A stretch of 45,947 nucleotides of DNA from Candidatus Thorarchaeota archaeon (GCA_048884965.1 JBHLQH010000029.1:1-45947); one strand, 5' to 3'; positions 26,914-37,015 are shown, counted from the stretch's first letter. Made by a program: numbers and translations. Notes: generated by a model not told the origin, from the sequence alone.

Positions 26914-28197
26914 GTGAAGATAATCATGTCAGAAAGTATTGGTAATCGTTATCTCGTCATTGTAGGTGCGCTTTTGGTGCAGCTATGTCTGGGCTCGATC
27001 TATGCTTGGTCGTTCTTCCAGACCGCTCTAAATGGAGGAAGCCCGCCTGTAGGTGTTTACCTATGGCCTTCTCTCTATTCCCAGCTACCATTTGCAGCTG
27101 GGTTGGCATCATTTGCAGTCTTTATGATATTTGCAGGAAGATGGCAAGACCGTATTGGCCCACGAAAGGTATCTACCGTTGGTGGTATCCTTCTTGGTCT
27201 CGGATACATACTAGCATGGCTTACCGATATCGTTGCAGGAACAGACGCCGTAATTGGCACAGTCTGGCTCATCATCTCATACGGTATCGTGGGCGGTGCA
27301 GGTATTGGTTTTGCCTATGTTTGTCCCATAGCCGCTTTAGTCAAATGGTTCCCTGATAAAAAGGGTGCAATAACCGGCATCGCGGTCGCTGGCTTTGGAG
27401 CTGGTGCACTCGTTTTCGGCTATGTTGAGCAGTTCCTGTTGGGCTTCTTCAATGTGCCCACTACTGCAGCAATCGGTCAACCATTCTTTATTCTCGGCAT
27501 TGTATACCTCGTACTTGTCGTACTTGGCTCCCAGCTGTTGACCAATCCCCCAGAGGGATGGCTTCCAGAGGGATTCACTCCTCCTCCAGCTACCGCTGAT
27601 GGTGCTGGTACAGGTGTGATGCCCGGCGAGATGATTCGCACTTCCACCTTCTGGCTCCTCTGGCTCATGTTCGTCTTCGCAGCAACTGCTGGTCTGATGA
27701 CCCTTGGCAATGTCAAAAGTGCCGCTGTGGCAATTGATCCAGTCGCTGATGCAGTCATCATCGTTGGTGTCATGAGTCTCTTGAACGCAGCAGGAAGGAT
27801 AGTCTGGGGTGCAGTTTCAGACAAACTTGGCCGTGAGAACACCATGATCACGATGTTCATCATCCTTGCCCTTGGCATGTTTGCCTTTGCATGGATGTCC
27901 ACCATTACCATCAGCTGGGTCGCAGTGATGGGTATTGCATCATTGATCGGATTCTGCTTTGGTGGTAACTTTGCACTCTTCCCCTCCGCAACTGCTGACT
28001 TCTTTGGCAGCAAGAACGTAGGTAAGAACTACGGTGTGATGTTCACCGCATACGGCATAGCTGGTATCACAGGTGCACTCGTTGCTGGACCAATTGTCGA
28101 TGCGACAGGCTCATACTTCTTGGCCTTCATCATCACTGGTGTCCTTGCAATCATAGCAGTATTCTTCACATTCTTATTGAAGCTGAAGAGAAAATAG
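26914..28197 (+). CDS. OFA/monocarboxylate-type MFS transporter
   Basis: QLCLGSIYAWS, GRWQDRIGPR, KWFPDKKGAITGIAVAGFGAG, GRIVWGAVSDKLGR, FGSKNVGKNYG. Confidence 0.92.
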   Translation: MKIIMSESIGNRYLVIVGALLVQLCLGSIYAWSFFQTALNGGSPPVGVYLWPSLYSQLPFAAGLASFAVFMIFAGRWQDRIGPRKVSTVGGILLGLGYILAWLTDIVAGTDAVIGTVWLIISYGIVGGAGIGFAYVCPIAALVKWFPDKKGAITGIAVAGFGAGALVFGYVEQFLLGFFNVPTTAAIGQPFFILGIVYLVLVVLGSQLLTNPPEGWLPEGFTPPPATADGAGTGVMPGEMIRTSTFWLLWLMFVFAATAGLMTLGNVKSAAVAIDPVADAVIIVGVMSLLNAAGRIVWGAVSDKLGRENTMITMFIILALGMFAFAWMSTITISWVAVMGIASLIGFCFGGNFALFPSATADFFGSKNVGKNYGVMFTAYGIAGITGALVAGPIVDATGSYFLAFIITGVLAIIAVFFTFLLKLKRK

Positions 28198-28206
28198 GAT
28201 TCCATT

Positions 28207-28250
28207 GAGGTCTGGGTTACTTTCCTAGACCTCCCTCCTTCTTTTTTCAT
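28207..28250 (+). terminator. Hairpin + pyrimidine tract terminator
   Basis: GAGGTCTGGG-ttacttt-CCTAGACCTC (28207-28233, one G-U), then CCTCCTTCTTTTTT. Confidence 0.65.
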
Positions 28251-28377
28251 CAATATCGTCGTACTTGACATCGACAATATTCCTATTCATGCTCGAATTT
28301 TCGTATTAATAGACAAGCTTTATTTACACCCATTTTTCCGCGGACCCAGAGTTTCACTAACATTCAGGTGATTACTG

Positions 28378-30381
28378 TTGTCCGATGAAAAGAAGATTCA
28401 AGTTACAAGCCAAGAAGAGAGGCGGTTCCCTCCTGTCAAGAGCTTCGTCGACAAGGCCTATATCAAGAGCCATGAAGAGAGAATGAAGATCTGGAAGGAG
28501 TCTGTAGAGAATCCCGACAAGTTCTGGCTAGATGTCGCGAACAGCGACATGTTCTATTGGAAGAAAGCGCCAACACAAGGTTTCCACTGGGAAGACATGA
28601 GCAAGATCAAGTTCTCCTGGTTCAAGGACGGTGTAACTAACATGGCTTACAACTGTCTTGACAAGTGGGTCGAGAAGGGTAAGGGCGACCAGATGGCTTT
28701 GATCTGGCAGGGTGATCCCCTCGATGAGTACAAGACCTACACATTCAGCGAGCTGACAACTGAGGTCAAGAAGGCTGCGAATGTCCTGAAGAACCTCGGT
28801 ATTGGCAAAGGCTCCACAGTCACTATCTACTTGCCAATGATTCCTGAGCTCGTCATTCTCATGCTTGCCTGTGTGCGTATCGGTGCAATCCACAGCATTG
28901 TGTTTGGTGGATTCACTGCTGACTCCCTCAAGGACAGAATTGAGGACTGTCAGAGCAAGCTACTCATTACCGCTGACGGCTACTATCGTAACGGTAAGAA
29001 CATTACTCAGAAGATGAACGCGGATGGCGTTCTCGAGGACGTACCACTCATTGAGAAGGTCCTTGTCGTCAACAGAATGGAAGGCAAGGTCGAATGTCCA
29101 ATGAAGGAAGGTCGTGATGTCTGGTTCCATGAGGAGCTCACAAAGGTCGATGACGACTGCGAGCCTGAGTGGATGAACGCTGAGGACCCACTCTTTATCC
29201 TCTACACATCTGGCTCAACTGGTAAGCCAAAGGGTGTTCTCCACACCACTGGTGGATACATGGTCTACACCGCTCACACATTCAAGCAAATCTTCGATTA
29301 TCACGAAGGTGATGTCTACTGGTGTACTGCTGATATTGGCTGGATTACTGGTCACAGCTACATAACCTACGGTCCTCTTGCCGCTGGTGCAACAACTATC
29401 AGCTTCGAGGGCACACCCACAGCTGGTGTCGACAACGCTGCACGATTCTGGTATGAGGTTCAGCGTTGGAAGGTTACACAGTTCTACACCGCTCCAACGG
29501 CTATCCGTGCTATCATGAAGTTCGGTGATGCGCCTGTCAAAGAATACGACATGTCCACACTCAATCTGCTTGGTACTGTTGGTGAGCCCATCAATCCTCA
29601 AGCATGGATGTGGTACCACGAGGTCGTCGGCAAGGAGAAGTGTCCCATCGTCGACACCTACTGGCAGACTGAAACCGGCGGTGTCATCATGACCCCACTC
29701 CCCGGTGCTACTCCAACCATTCCTGGCTCTTGCACCTTCCCATACTTTGGTGTCGACCCCATCATCCTCTCTGAGGATGGCAAGGCTGTTGGCGCTAACG
29801 AAGGTGGTTACTTCTGCATGAGGAAGCCCTGGCCTGGCCTGATGAGGACAGTCTACGGTGACCACAAGCGATTCCAGGACACCTACTGGGTACAGTTCAA
29901 GGATCCCAAGACCGGTGACCCCATCTACTACACTGGAGATGGTGCCCGACGCAATGAGGACGGCTATCACTTCGTCATGGGTCGTCTTGATGACGTCTTG
30001 AAGGTATCCGGTCACAGACTTGGTACAGCCGAGATCGAGTCTGCACTCGTCAAGCACCCAGCTGTCGCAGAGGCTGCAGTTGTCGGCTTCCCACACGAGA
30101 TCAAGGGTGAGGACATCTACTGTTTCGTCACGCTCAAGCTTGGCGTCGAGAAGACTGATGACCTACGACAGGAGCTCAAGATGCACGTAAGAGGTGAGAT
30201 TGGTCCAATCGCCACTCCCGCCAAGGTGCAGTTCGCTGACGCTCTGCCAAAGACCCGAAGTGGTAAGATCATGAGGCGTATCCTCAAGAAGATCGCAGCT
30301 GGCGATATCGAGAACCTCGGTGACACCACCACTCTGGCTGACCCAGACGTCGTAGACCAGCTTGTCGCTGACAGACAGTAA
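28378..30381 (+). CDS. acs: AMP-forming acetyl-CoA synthetase
   Basis: FILYTSGSTGKPKG, WCTADIGWITGHSY, DTYWQTETG, LPKTRSGKIMRR. TTG start after AGGTGA. Confidence 0.96.
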   Translation: MSDEKKIQVTSQEERRFPPVKSFVDKAYIKSHEERMKIWKESVENPDKFWLDVANSDMFYWKKAPTQGFHWEDMSKIKFSWFKDGVTNMAYNCLDKWVEKGKGDQMALIWQGDPLDEYKTYTFSELTTEVKKAANVLKNLGIGKGSTVTIYLPMIPELVILMLACVRIGAIHSIVFGGFTADSLKDRIEDCQSKLLITADGYYRNGKNITQKMNADGVLEDVPLIEKVLVVNRMEGKVECPMKEGRDVWFHEELTKVDDDCEPEWMNAEDPLFILYTSGSTGKPKGVLHTTGGYMVYTAHTFKQIFDYHEGDVYWCTADIGWITGHSYITYGPLAAGATTISFEGTPTAGVDNAARFWYEVQRWKVTQFYTAPTAIRAIMKFGDAPVKEYDMSTLNLLGTVGEPINPQAWMWYHEVVGKEKCPIVDTYWQTETGGVIMTPLPGATPTIPGSCTFPYFGVDPIILSEDGKAVGANEGGYFCMRKPWPGLMRTVYGDHKRFQDTYWVQFKDPKTGDPIYYTGDGARRNEDGYHFVMGRLDDVLKVSGHRLGTAEIESALVKHPAVAEAAVVGFPHEIKGEDIYCFVTLKLGVEKTDDLRQELKMHVRGEIGPIATPAKVQFADALPKTRSGKIMRRILKKIAAGDIENLGDTTTLADPDVVDQLVADRQ

Positions 30382-30391
30382 ACCTAGTATC

Positions 30392-30432
30392 TGAGAGTGG
30401 GCGCTTGCCCCTCTCAACCTCCTTCTTTTTCA
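30392..30432 (+). terminator. Hairpin + pyrimidine tract terminator
   Basis: TGAGAG-t-GGGC-gctt-GCCC-CTCTCA (30392-30416), then ACCTCCTTCTTTTT. Confidence 0.65.
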
Positions 30433-30501
30433 TTATGTGCTATCTTACACCAATAGATTCTTACTACAGAAATACTAGGAACTAGGTCAGAGGGTATTGA
30501 T

Positions 30502-31392
30502 TTGACTAGGAAAAGCGGGATGTTTCTTATTCTTCTACTCGTTTGCATCGGCAATGTTCCAAGAACGCAGGCCAATCCCGTTGCAATAACTCAATCTCCC
30601 ATGGGTGGCCTATTCTCATCCAATAATACCTTGCAGATGCCAGAAGCACATGTGGAGATCAGTATCCAACCAAATCGTATCAATGACACGACATTCCAAC
30701 AGAATGTCCTGATTTATGGCAACTATTCCATCTTCAGTCCTATCACGGCCAATACGACCATTGCATTCGCTTATCCGACTGTCTGGGACTACCCGTTCTA
30801 TGGCAGTACTCCAGAGATTCTGAATCACGAATTGAATCTTCTGTTGAATGGTACGGAGATATCATACGAGCTGCATTCGTTATATGATCTTATGGTGAAC
30901 ACTTCACTATATTTGGAAGAAGATTACGAATGGCTAGAATTTGAACAAGGAGCTCTTACCTTTGCCACATTTAATGCCACTGTGTCTGCAAACACCACTC
31001 TATTCCTCGAGGTTCAGGGAGCTATAGAATCTATCGTTCGCACAGATGTGTTCGAATTCTCTTATTGTGTAGGCACCGGCCGCACTTGGAGCGGAAATAC
31101 ACACGAAACCGTTCAAATCACTGTAGAGGAGTATACACAATACTTGCACATTATGTTTCTTCCAAACTCGTCCTTGATTGAATCTCGAAATGATGATATT
31201 GCTAGAGGAATGTGGACATTGAATCTATCTGATTTTCAGGAAAACTATGTCTGTGTTCAATGTACGCAATACTCTTGGGTGGGTCCGAATCTGCCTACGG
31301 ACCGGTTTACTGGTATACTAATTCCCGCAATACTAGTAGTTGCTTTAGTTGGAACCATTATAATTTTCAAGATCATGATTAGACGATCTTGA
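30502..31392 (+). CDS. Secreted/surface protein with C-terminal TM anchor
   Basis: Signal-like N-terminus, many N-x-S/T sequons, FSYCVGTGRTWSG, C-terminal TM and basic tail. Confidence 0.7.
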   Translation: MTRKSGMFLILLLVCIGNVPRTQANPVAITQSPMGGLFSSNNTLQMPEAHVEISIQPNRINDTTFQQNVLIYGNYSIFSPITANTTIAFAYPTVWDYPFYGSTPEILNHELNLLLNGTEISYELHSLYDLMVNTSLYLEEDYEWLEFEQGALTFATFNATVSANTTLFLEVQGAIESIVRTDVFEFSYCVGTGRTWSGNTHETVQITVEEYTQYLHIMFLPNSSLIESRNDDIARGMWTLNLSDFQENYVCVQCTQYSWVGPNLPTDRFTGILIPAILVVALVGTIIIFKIMIRRS

Positions 31393-31414
31393 AAACAGGA
31401 AATACGTGCCTCTC

Positions 31415-31801
31415 TCACTCTTTTTCTTTTTGCATCTCATTCTCAACCAGTAATTTCATCTCATCAGTAAATTTCCTATGAAGTAGTATAGAGCTAATCA
31501 GGATGCCTATGACAATGATAGCTGCTGGTACCGAACTTTTCCAAAGAGCCGAGCTAAGCTGACTGGGAAGAAACAGGAAAGTTACGATAATAGCTACAGC
31601 ATAACCTAAACACATTGCAAAGCCTAGCATTAGCGGAAGAAGTTTGATTCTAGTGACAGGATTCTCGGGCTTTTCAAATACGAACCAGATTAGTATGAGT
31701 ATTATCAATCCGACTGCTAATCCAAAACCTTGCCATAATCCAAAGAAGAGGTCGAAACTCTGCATCACAATGTCCCCTCCAACCGGTGAACCCAGGTTCA
31801 T
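31415..31801 (-). CDS. Hypothetical membrane protein (3 TM)
   Basis: Hydrophobic ORF; likely start at MQSFDL after GGAGGGG. Confidence 0.6.
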   Translation of the reverse strand: MNLGSPVGGDIVMQSFDLFFGLWQGFGLAVGLIILILIWFVFEKPENPVTRIKLLPLMLGFAMCLGYAVAIIVTFLFLPSQLSSALWKSSVPAAIIVIGILISSILLHRKFTDEMKLLVENEMQKEKE

Positions 31802-31848
31802 ATCTAATATCTCTTTTCGCAGGCATTATTGTATATGGGAGTGGAAAT

Positions 31849-33534
31849 CTACCACTCTCTTCTACTTCTTTTTGAAATTCTTGTAGATTCTTTCATCCAT
31901 ATAATGGAGAAAAATGCTAGGGGGATTGATATTCCTCCGAAGAGGATAACGATAAGCCAAGGCAATATGACCCCCTCTTTGATGACCACAATCCCTGAAA
32001 GGGGGATGATTATGTTTTTCGACTCGTATATGTTATAGCAGTATGATAATTGAATACCAACGTGTGTAGTTCCTAATATTGTGTTTAAAACAGCAAATCC
32101 ATGAGAACAGTGTGACATCGAGATGCCGGTTCTGAAATTGGATATGACATTATTGATGATCTTAGAATGATTAGATGAATATACAGCAATTCCTTTGTTA
32201 TAGTCTGGAGCTGGAGAGAACAGTGGGTCATAATCTTGATTGATGTCGTCCTTGGCAATAATGAAATCTCGATTACTTTCTGCGTCCGAACTCATTGAGT
32301 TTGATAATAGTTCAAGATTTACCGAAACAGAAGACCTTTCACAAATGAAATATGGAGTATCAAAAACTGTGATGCCATCACTAAAGAAAGATTGAGTGCC
32401 AATCTGAATCTCACAATTGATGAAAGAAACACCACAAGAGCTTCTAACATAAGCTCCGTCTTCAACCGCATCAACCTTACATTCTTTCAACGTAATATTT
32501 TCGGATTGCTGTATCTTGATTCCCATATCACATAGCTTCACTTGGAAGCCTTCTATCCAGCAAGTATTCGAGTTGAGTATCGAGATGCCCAAGTTTCCAT
32601 TCCATACTTCTCCTACTTGTAGCGTAAGATTGCTACATTCAGCAATAATCAATTGGCCATATATTCCATCTTGTATCTCTAAATCTTTGTATGAGAAGAA
32701 ATAAGCTATCTCTCTCCCTCCATTTGTATTTCCCAAGATTTGATTCTCAAAATATCCCTCATTATCGTCCTCAAATGTGAAACTACCATTTTCCAATTCA
32801 TTGTCAATAAAATGACAATCCCTAGAAAATCCAACATGGATTCCTGTTTCAGAGCAAACACCGAATTGATTTGAGATAGCAGATATCATCATCGAATTTA
32901 GTACAGTCATTCCTTTCATACAATCGCCTATCCGAGTGTTAGTAACATCACAAAATTGACTGTATGCAACATCTATTCCATAGCCCATCTCTTGGAATTC
33001 AGAGTCTTCGATTGTGCAGTATCTCGATCCATCAAGCAATACTGCTCTGCTGAAAGAACGAATCACACAATGTTGGATATATCCATTTGTCACATTAGAA
33101 AGTCTGATTCCATACCCATTCACAGGATAGAGAAATCCGCTTCCATACCCCCAATATGCTATGCCAGTACCTTCTATGGTACAATTCCTTATGACAAAGT
33201 ACGCACTTGTCATTGAAATCGTAATGTAGTTGCCATCTTGAAGGTAAAGATTCTCAATTATGTAAGGATTAGCAGAAGTTCCGTTTCCACTAGTTGAGTA
33301 GAGTGGAAACTCTGAGTTTTGACCTATATAGATGGACTCCTCGTCTTGAGAGCTTGGTTGTTGCTGTACACAATCATTTACAATGACGAAGTGCTCCCTG
33401 ATGGGATGAAAACCCTGGGTTGAGATGCCTGCTAATGAAACTATGAGCAAGAAAATCATGATTACCGAATCAAACTTCGTTGACACTCGTAAATTCCCCA
33501 ATATAACTTCCATTTGATGAATAGCATCATTCAT
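31849..33534 (-). CDS. NosD/CASH-type parallel beta-helix surface protein
   Basis: GNGTSANPYIIENL, AYFVIRNC, repeated GIxlxxSxNxxIxxN units, C-terminal TM. Confidence 0.85.
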   Translation of the reverse strand: MNDAIHQMEVILGNLRVSTKFDSVIMIFLLIVSLAGISTQGFHPIREHFVIVNDCVQQQPSSQDEESIYIGQNSEFPLYSTSGNGTSANPYIIENLYLQDGNYITISMTSAYFVIRNCTIEGTGIAYWGYGSGFLYPVNGYGIRLSNVTNGYIQHCVIRSFSRAVLLDGSRYCTIEDSEFQEMGYGIDVAYSQFCDVTNTRIGDCMKGMTVLNSMMISAISNQFGVCSETGIHVGFSRDCHFIDNELENGSFTFEDDNEGYFENQILGNTNGGREIAYFFSYKDLEIQDGIYGQLIIAECSNLTLQVGEVWNGNLGISILNSNTCWIEGFQVKLCDMGIKIQQSENITLKECKVDAVEDGAYVRSSCGVSFINCEIQIGTQSFFSDGITVFDTPYFICERSSVSVNLELLSNSMSSDAESNRDFIIAKDDINQDYDPLFSPAPDYNKGIAVYSSNHSKIINNVISNFRTGISMSHCSHGFAVLNTILGTTHVGIQLSYCYNIYESKNIIIPLSGIVVIKEGVILPWLIVILFGGISIPLAFFSIIWMKESTRISKRSRREW

Positions 33535-33710
33535 GCAATATTCTAACTATAGAACTAGATACAATAATCACATTGCAACAAATTTCCTTTTGTGTTTAGA
33601 GAAACAAATGATAGCGAGAATAGACTACCACTATTAGTATCTGCGAGTAAGTCCCTACCCTTTTCATATACTTCTCTTCTTGGTTTCAAAATAATATGAG
33701 CCAGCTTTCA

Positions 33711-34157
33711 CTAGCCAAGAATGGCTACAGCAAATACTGAGACAATGTAGCCTAGAGTTCCACCAATCAAAATAGGTAAAGTCGTAGTACGATTCGCTGA
33801 TTCCTTCATATATGATGCAAGAACTAGAGATATCATCAAACACAGAGTTGGCAGAGCAACAAGAGCGATTATCACTTCCCAGAAACCCAGAACACGGAGA
33901 TTTCCGAAAATACCCACAATATAGAAATTGGTCATTAATGTTATCGATAGATTGAAACTGCCAAGTTTCAGAGGGAACTCCCAGTCACCTCCTTTGAGGT
34001 TTCCGAATGCCCAGAATGACAGAACATACATGAAGACGATAATCTCCGCGATAGGCACATTATCACTCCTCCAGAGAATATCAAATGAGAGAGCAACCAC
34101 GATGAGTACCATTTGAAACACCTCATCAAATCGCTCTTCACGGCTCTTTTCCTTCAA
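33711..34157 (-). CDS. Hypothetical membrane protein (~5 TM)
   Basis: 148-aa hydrophobic ORF; TTG start after GGAGTGG. Confidence 0.65.
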   Translation of the reverse strand: MKEKSREERFDEVFQMVLIVVALSFDILWRSDNVPIAEIIVFMYVLSFWAFGNLKGGDWEFPLKLGSFNLSITLMTNFYIVGIFGNLRVLGFWEVIIALVALPTLCLMISLVLASYMKESANRTTTLPILIGGTLGYIVSVFAVAILG

Positions 34158-34226
34158 ATCTGAATTCCACTCCAGGCGAGAAGAAACTCTCTCGGCTACA
34201 ATAAACTATCGACAGGCTCCAAATGA

Positions 34227-34508
34227 GTGATCTGGTCACCCTCAGAAAAAGGAGATGCTATACCATTCCATGTATGTTTTGAAAATCGCCACTGTTTAGA
34301 GATTAAAATAGAAGAAATCAGAAAGGATCTAGCATCTGAAGGTCTCTCTCCAAAGAAAGTAGTAATTCTTGTCCTATATGCAATCGCATTAGCGATGGGG
34401 GTTGTTACCATAATACTACCCCTTGTTGGTCAACCAGTTGATCAATCTCTAGCTGGGGTGGCTCTTGCCAGTTTGGGTATTGCTGGTCTTAGTCAAATTA
34501 CAGATTAG
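34227..34508 (+). CDS. Small two-TM protein (true start uncertain)
   Basis: VILVLYAIALAMGVVTIIL and LAGVALASLGIAGL hairpin; the N-terminal part of the ORF looks doubtful. Confidence 0.45.
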   Translation: MIWSPSEKGDAIPFHVCFENRHCLEIKIEEIRKDLASEGLSPKKVVILVLYAIALAMGVVTIILPLVGQPVDQSLAGVALASLGIAGLSQITD

Positions 34509-34630
34509 TAGCTAGAACCCGTACACTTGGTACGGGTTCCCATTTTTTCTACTATCAATATTGCTTCTCTCTACTTTCTCAAGCATCTGATTACTTTTAT
34601 ACGCTGGAACAATGAATGTCTTGAATAAGT

Positions 34631-35536
34631 ATGAGCGAATCACTACGGAATAAGATTGCACTGGTAACAGGTGCAAGCAGAGGTGCAGGAAGGGGGATTG
34701 CAATTGAGCTAGCCCTCGCAGGATGTAAGGTCTACATCACAGGCAGGAGCAGGAGTGGAAAATCGATAACCCAGTATCCTGATTTGACCCTTGACGAAAC
34801 TAAGAATCTTGTTGAAGCCACAGGGGGAGAATGTGAGATATTGGAATGCGACCATTCGAATGAGGATGAAATCGCATCGATTTTTTCGAAGATAGCTCAG
34901 AATGAGAAAAGACTTGATATCCTAGTCAATAACGTGTGGGCTGGGTATACTGACAACAATTTCCAGCTTGATATCGAAACACATAATTTCACGGCAAAGT
35001 TCTGGGAGCAACCACTCTGGCGCTGGGACCATATGTTTCAGATTAGCCTTAGGTCTCATTTCATCTGTAGCCAAGAGGCAGCCAAGCTGATGATTCCCAA
35101 CAAGTCGGGACTTATCGTCACAACTGGTTTCTGGGATGATAACAAGTATCTTCACCAAGTTCCGTATGATTTGGTCAAACATGCTAAGGCAAGAATGGCA
35201 TATGACATGGCGATTGACTTGTTAGAATATGGCATCACATCTGTATACGTATCTATGGGCTGGATTCGTACCGAGCATCTGATGCGAACCTCTCAGGGAG
35301 GACAATTGAATGACGAGAACTATGTGAACATGGAAGGCTATGAGAAAACAGAATCCACGAGATATGTCGGTCGTGCCATAGTAGCATTGGCGACAGATGC
35401 CGATGTTTTCGAGAAGACAGGGAAGACCTTGACCACCGGTGAACTGGCACGAGAGTATGCTTTTACTGATTTGGATGGACTGCAACCAGAGCGCTTCATT
35501 ATTTCAGACCACTCGAAGGGATTAACTCAGAGATAG
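34631..35536 (+). CDS. SDR oxidoreductase (DHRS1-like)
   Basis: IALVTGASRGAGRGIA, LDILVNNVW, YDLVK (YxxxK), ESTRYVGRAIVALATD, ELAREYAFTDLDG. Confidence 0.92.
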   Translation: MSESLRNKIALVTGASRGAGRGIAIELALAGCKVYITGRSRSGKSITQYPDLTLDETKNLVEATGGECEILECDHSNEDEIASIFSKIAQNEKRLDILVNNVWAGYTDNNFQLDIETHNFTAKFWEQPLWRWDHMFQISLRSHFICSQEAAKLMIPNKSGLIVTTGFWDDNKYLHQVPYDLVKHAKARMAYDMAIDLLEYGITSVYVSMGWIRTEHLMRTSQGGQLNDENYVNMEGYEKTESTRYVGRAIVALATDADVFEKTGKTLTTGELAREYAFTDLDGLQPERFIISDHSKGLTQR

Positions 35537-35563
35537 GTAGTTCCTGATTCGCACAATCCGAGT

Positions 35564-36472
35564 TCATTTTCGTACTATTTTCCTTGAGAGCTCTAGAGAA
35601 GGTTGTTCAGGTTCATCATGAATATGCCGATCCCATCGAAGCTCATCACAGAAGTCTGCTGTAAAGAGTGTCTGGGTTCTTCTCATCGAGATATTCTCAT
35701 GGGTGTATTCAAGCAATCGCTCGCCTGGATAGCATACCGCATAGTATGCGAGTTCTTGATCATCTACGTGTTTCATGGATTCATGTGATACACATCTGTC
35801 AAATTTTGCGAGGAACGTTGCATCGTTTACATCTAGAACTCCAAACTCCATTGCATTACCTTGTTTCCAAGCATTCACTCGGTTCTCACGAACTTGCCCG
35901 ATTGTATGTGTTCCCTTTGGTTTCTTAGAAAGCACCTCTCCCCAGAACTCAACGAACTCCTTGAAGACATCTATTCCATCTTCTCTTCCGAGGACTTCAA
36001 CAAGTGAAGTGATCTGATGATAGAGTAGCGTATACTTGGCACGACAGTAGTCAATCCATCTAACGGATTCCTTTTCTTCACTTAGTACATAGCCATCTCT
36101 CAACGGAATGTACTTCAGAACGATTCGTAATCCTAAGTCCTTGATATGGGGATACGGACCAAGGAGTGTCTGGTCGGTAGCAATCATATCAAAACCTACA
36201 TCACTCAGGATAAATGATGTCCTCTCTAATTCATTCTCATATCTAGACTCAACAGCTCGTAAAAGAACATCTAGTATCTCTGGTTTTTCCTTCGCGATGA
36301 AGTCAAACATCAGCTCTGTTGTCAACAGCCAATCCCGTATCTGTCCATTTAGGTCGATTTCACCCTTAGCAGCATCCTCATCATACGTTCCGTAGTATTC
36401 ATACTCTGGAGTCATAGAATCAATCTTGGTTAGGTTTGATATAAGCAGGCCATTCAACGCAAAGAACTTCAT
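35564..36472 (-). CDS. ATC-hydrolase-like (L-2-amino-thiazoline-4-carboxylate hydrolase family) domain protein
   Basis: C-terminal FDRC..HE, YYAVCYPG, MRRTQTL..ADFCD Cys pattern. Confidence 0.65.
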   Translation of the reverse strand: MKFFALNGLLISNLTKIDSMTPEYEYYGTYDEDAAKGEIDLNGQIRDWLLTTELMFDFIAKEKPEILDVLLRAVESRYENELERTSFILSDVGFDMIATDQTLLGPYPHIKDLGLRIVLKYIPLRDGYVLSEEKESVRWIDYCRAKYTLLYHQITSLVEVLGREDGIDVFKEFVEFWGEVLSKKPKGTHTIGQVRENRVNAWKQGNAMEFGVLDVNDATFLAKFDRCVSHESMKHVDDQELAYYAVCYPGERLLEYTHENISMRRTQTLFTADFCDELRWDRHIHDEPEQPSLELSRKIVRK

Positions 36473-36523
36473 CTAGAGTATCTTAATAACCCGCAACGAC
36501 TGAGAGGTTGGCTTGATGTACCC

Positions 36524-37015
36524 ATGGACGAAGTAGCTATCCACTATAAGACACACGATTCTGAAGCGAACGAGAGTCGTTATGGATTAGATACCGACGA
36601 GATTCGCCTTCGCAATCGGGGAATCACTGAGATTGACCTGACCTCCGTGAGCCTTCTTCCTGAGCTTAGAGTCATTGATCTTGTCGGTAACGCGATACGT
36701 CATCTCAACCTAAGCCCTCTTGGCCACTGCACACACTTGAGGTCTTTACTACTAGAGAGAAACGAGATTGAATCTCTTGATATCTCTCCTTTGAGCTCTT
36801 TGACCAGATTCGATTTCCTTACCTTAGAGCAGAACAAGCTCGAGGAGATAAATCTCTCTCCACTTTATCGGATTCCCCATATCAACCTCGTTGTCACCTA
36901 TGATGAGGATGTATATATCATACTAGACGATGAGATTCTTCAATGGGAGCCGTACGATTTTAGTCTGAAGATCTCCATGATTCTGCGGGAGATTCTTGCG
37001 AAGTATCGGCGGTGA
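36524..37015 (+). CDS. Leucine-rich repeat protein
   Basis: About four 22-aa LxxLxLxxNxIxxLDLSPL units. Confidence 0.85.
   Translation: MDEVAIHYKTHDSEANESRYGLDTDEIRLRNRGITEIDLTSVSLLPELRVIDLVGNAIRHLNLSPLGHCTHLRSLLLERNEIESLDISPLSSLTRFDFLTLEQNKLEEINLSPLYRIPHINLVVTYDEDVYIILDDEILQWEPYDFSLKISMILREILAKYRR

Noticed and set aside
29215-30096. 293-aa antisense ORF inside acs, and similar shadow ORFs at 27477..28013, 14830..15318 and 10972..11466
   Set aside because: Antisense to well-supported genes, explained by codon bias, with no recognisable motifs.
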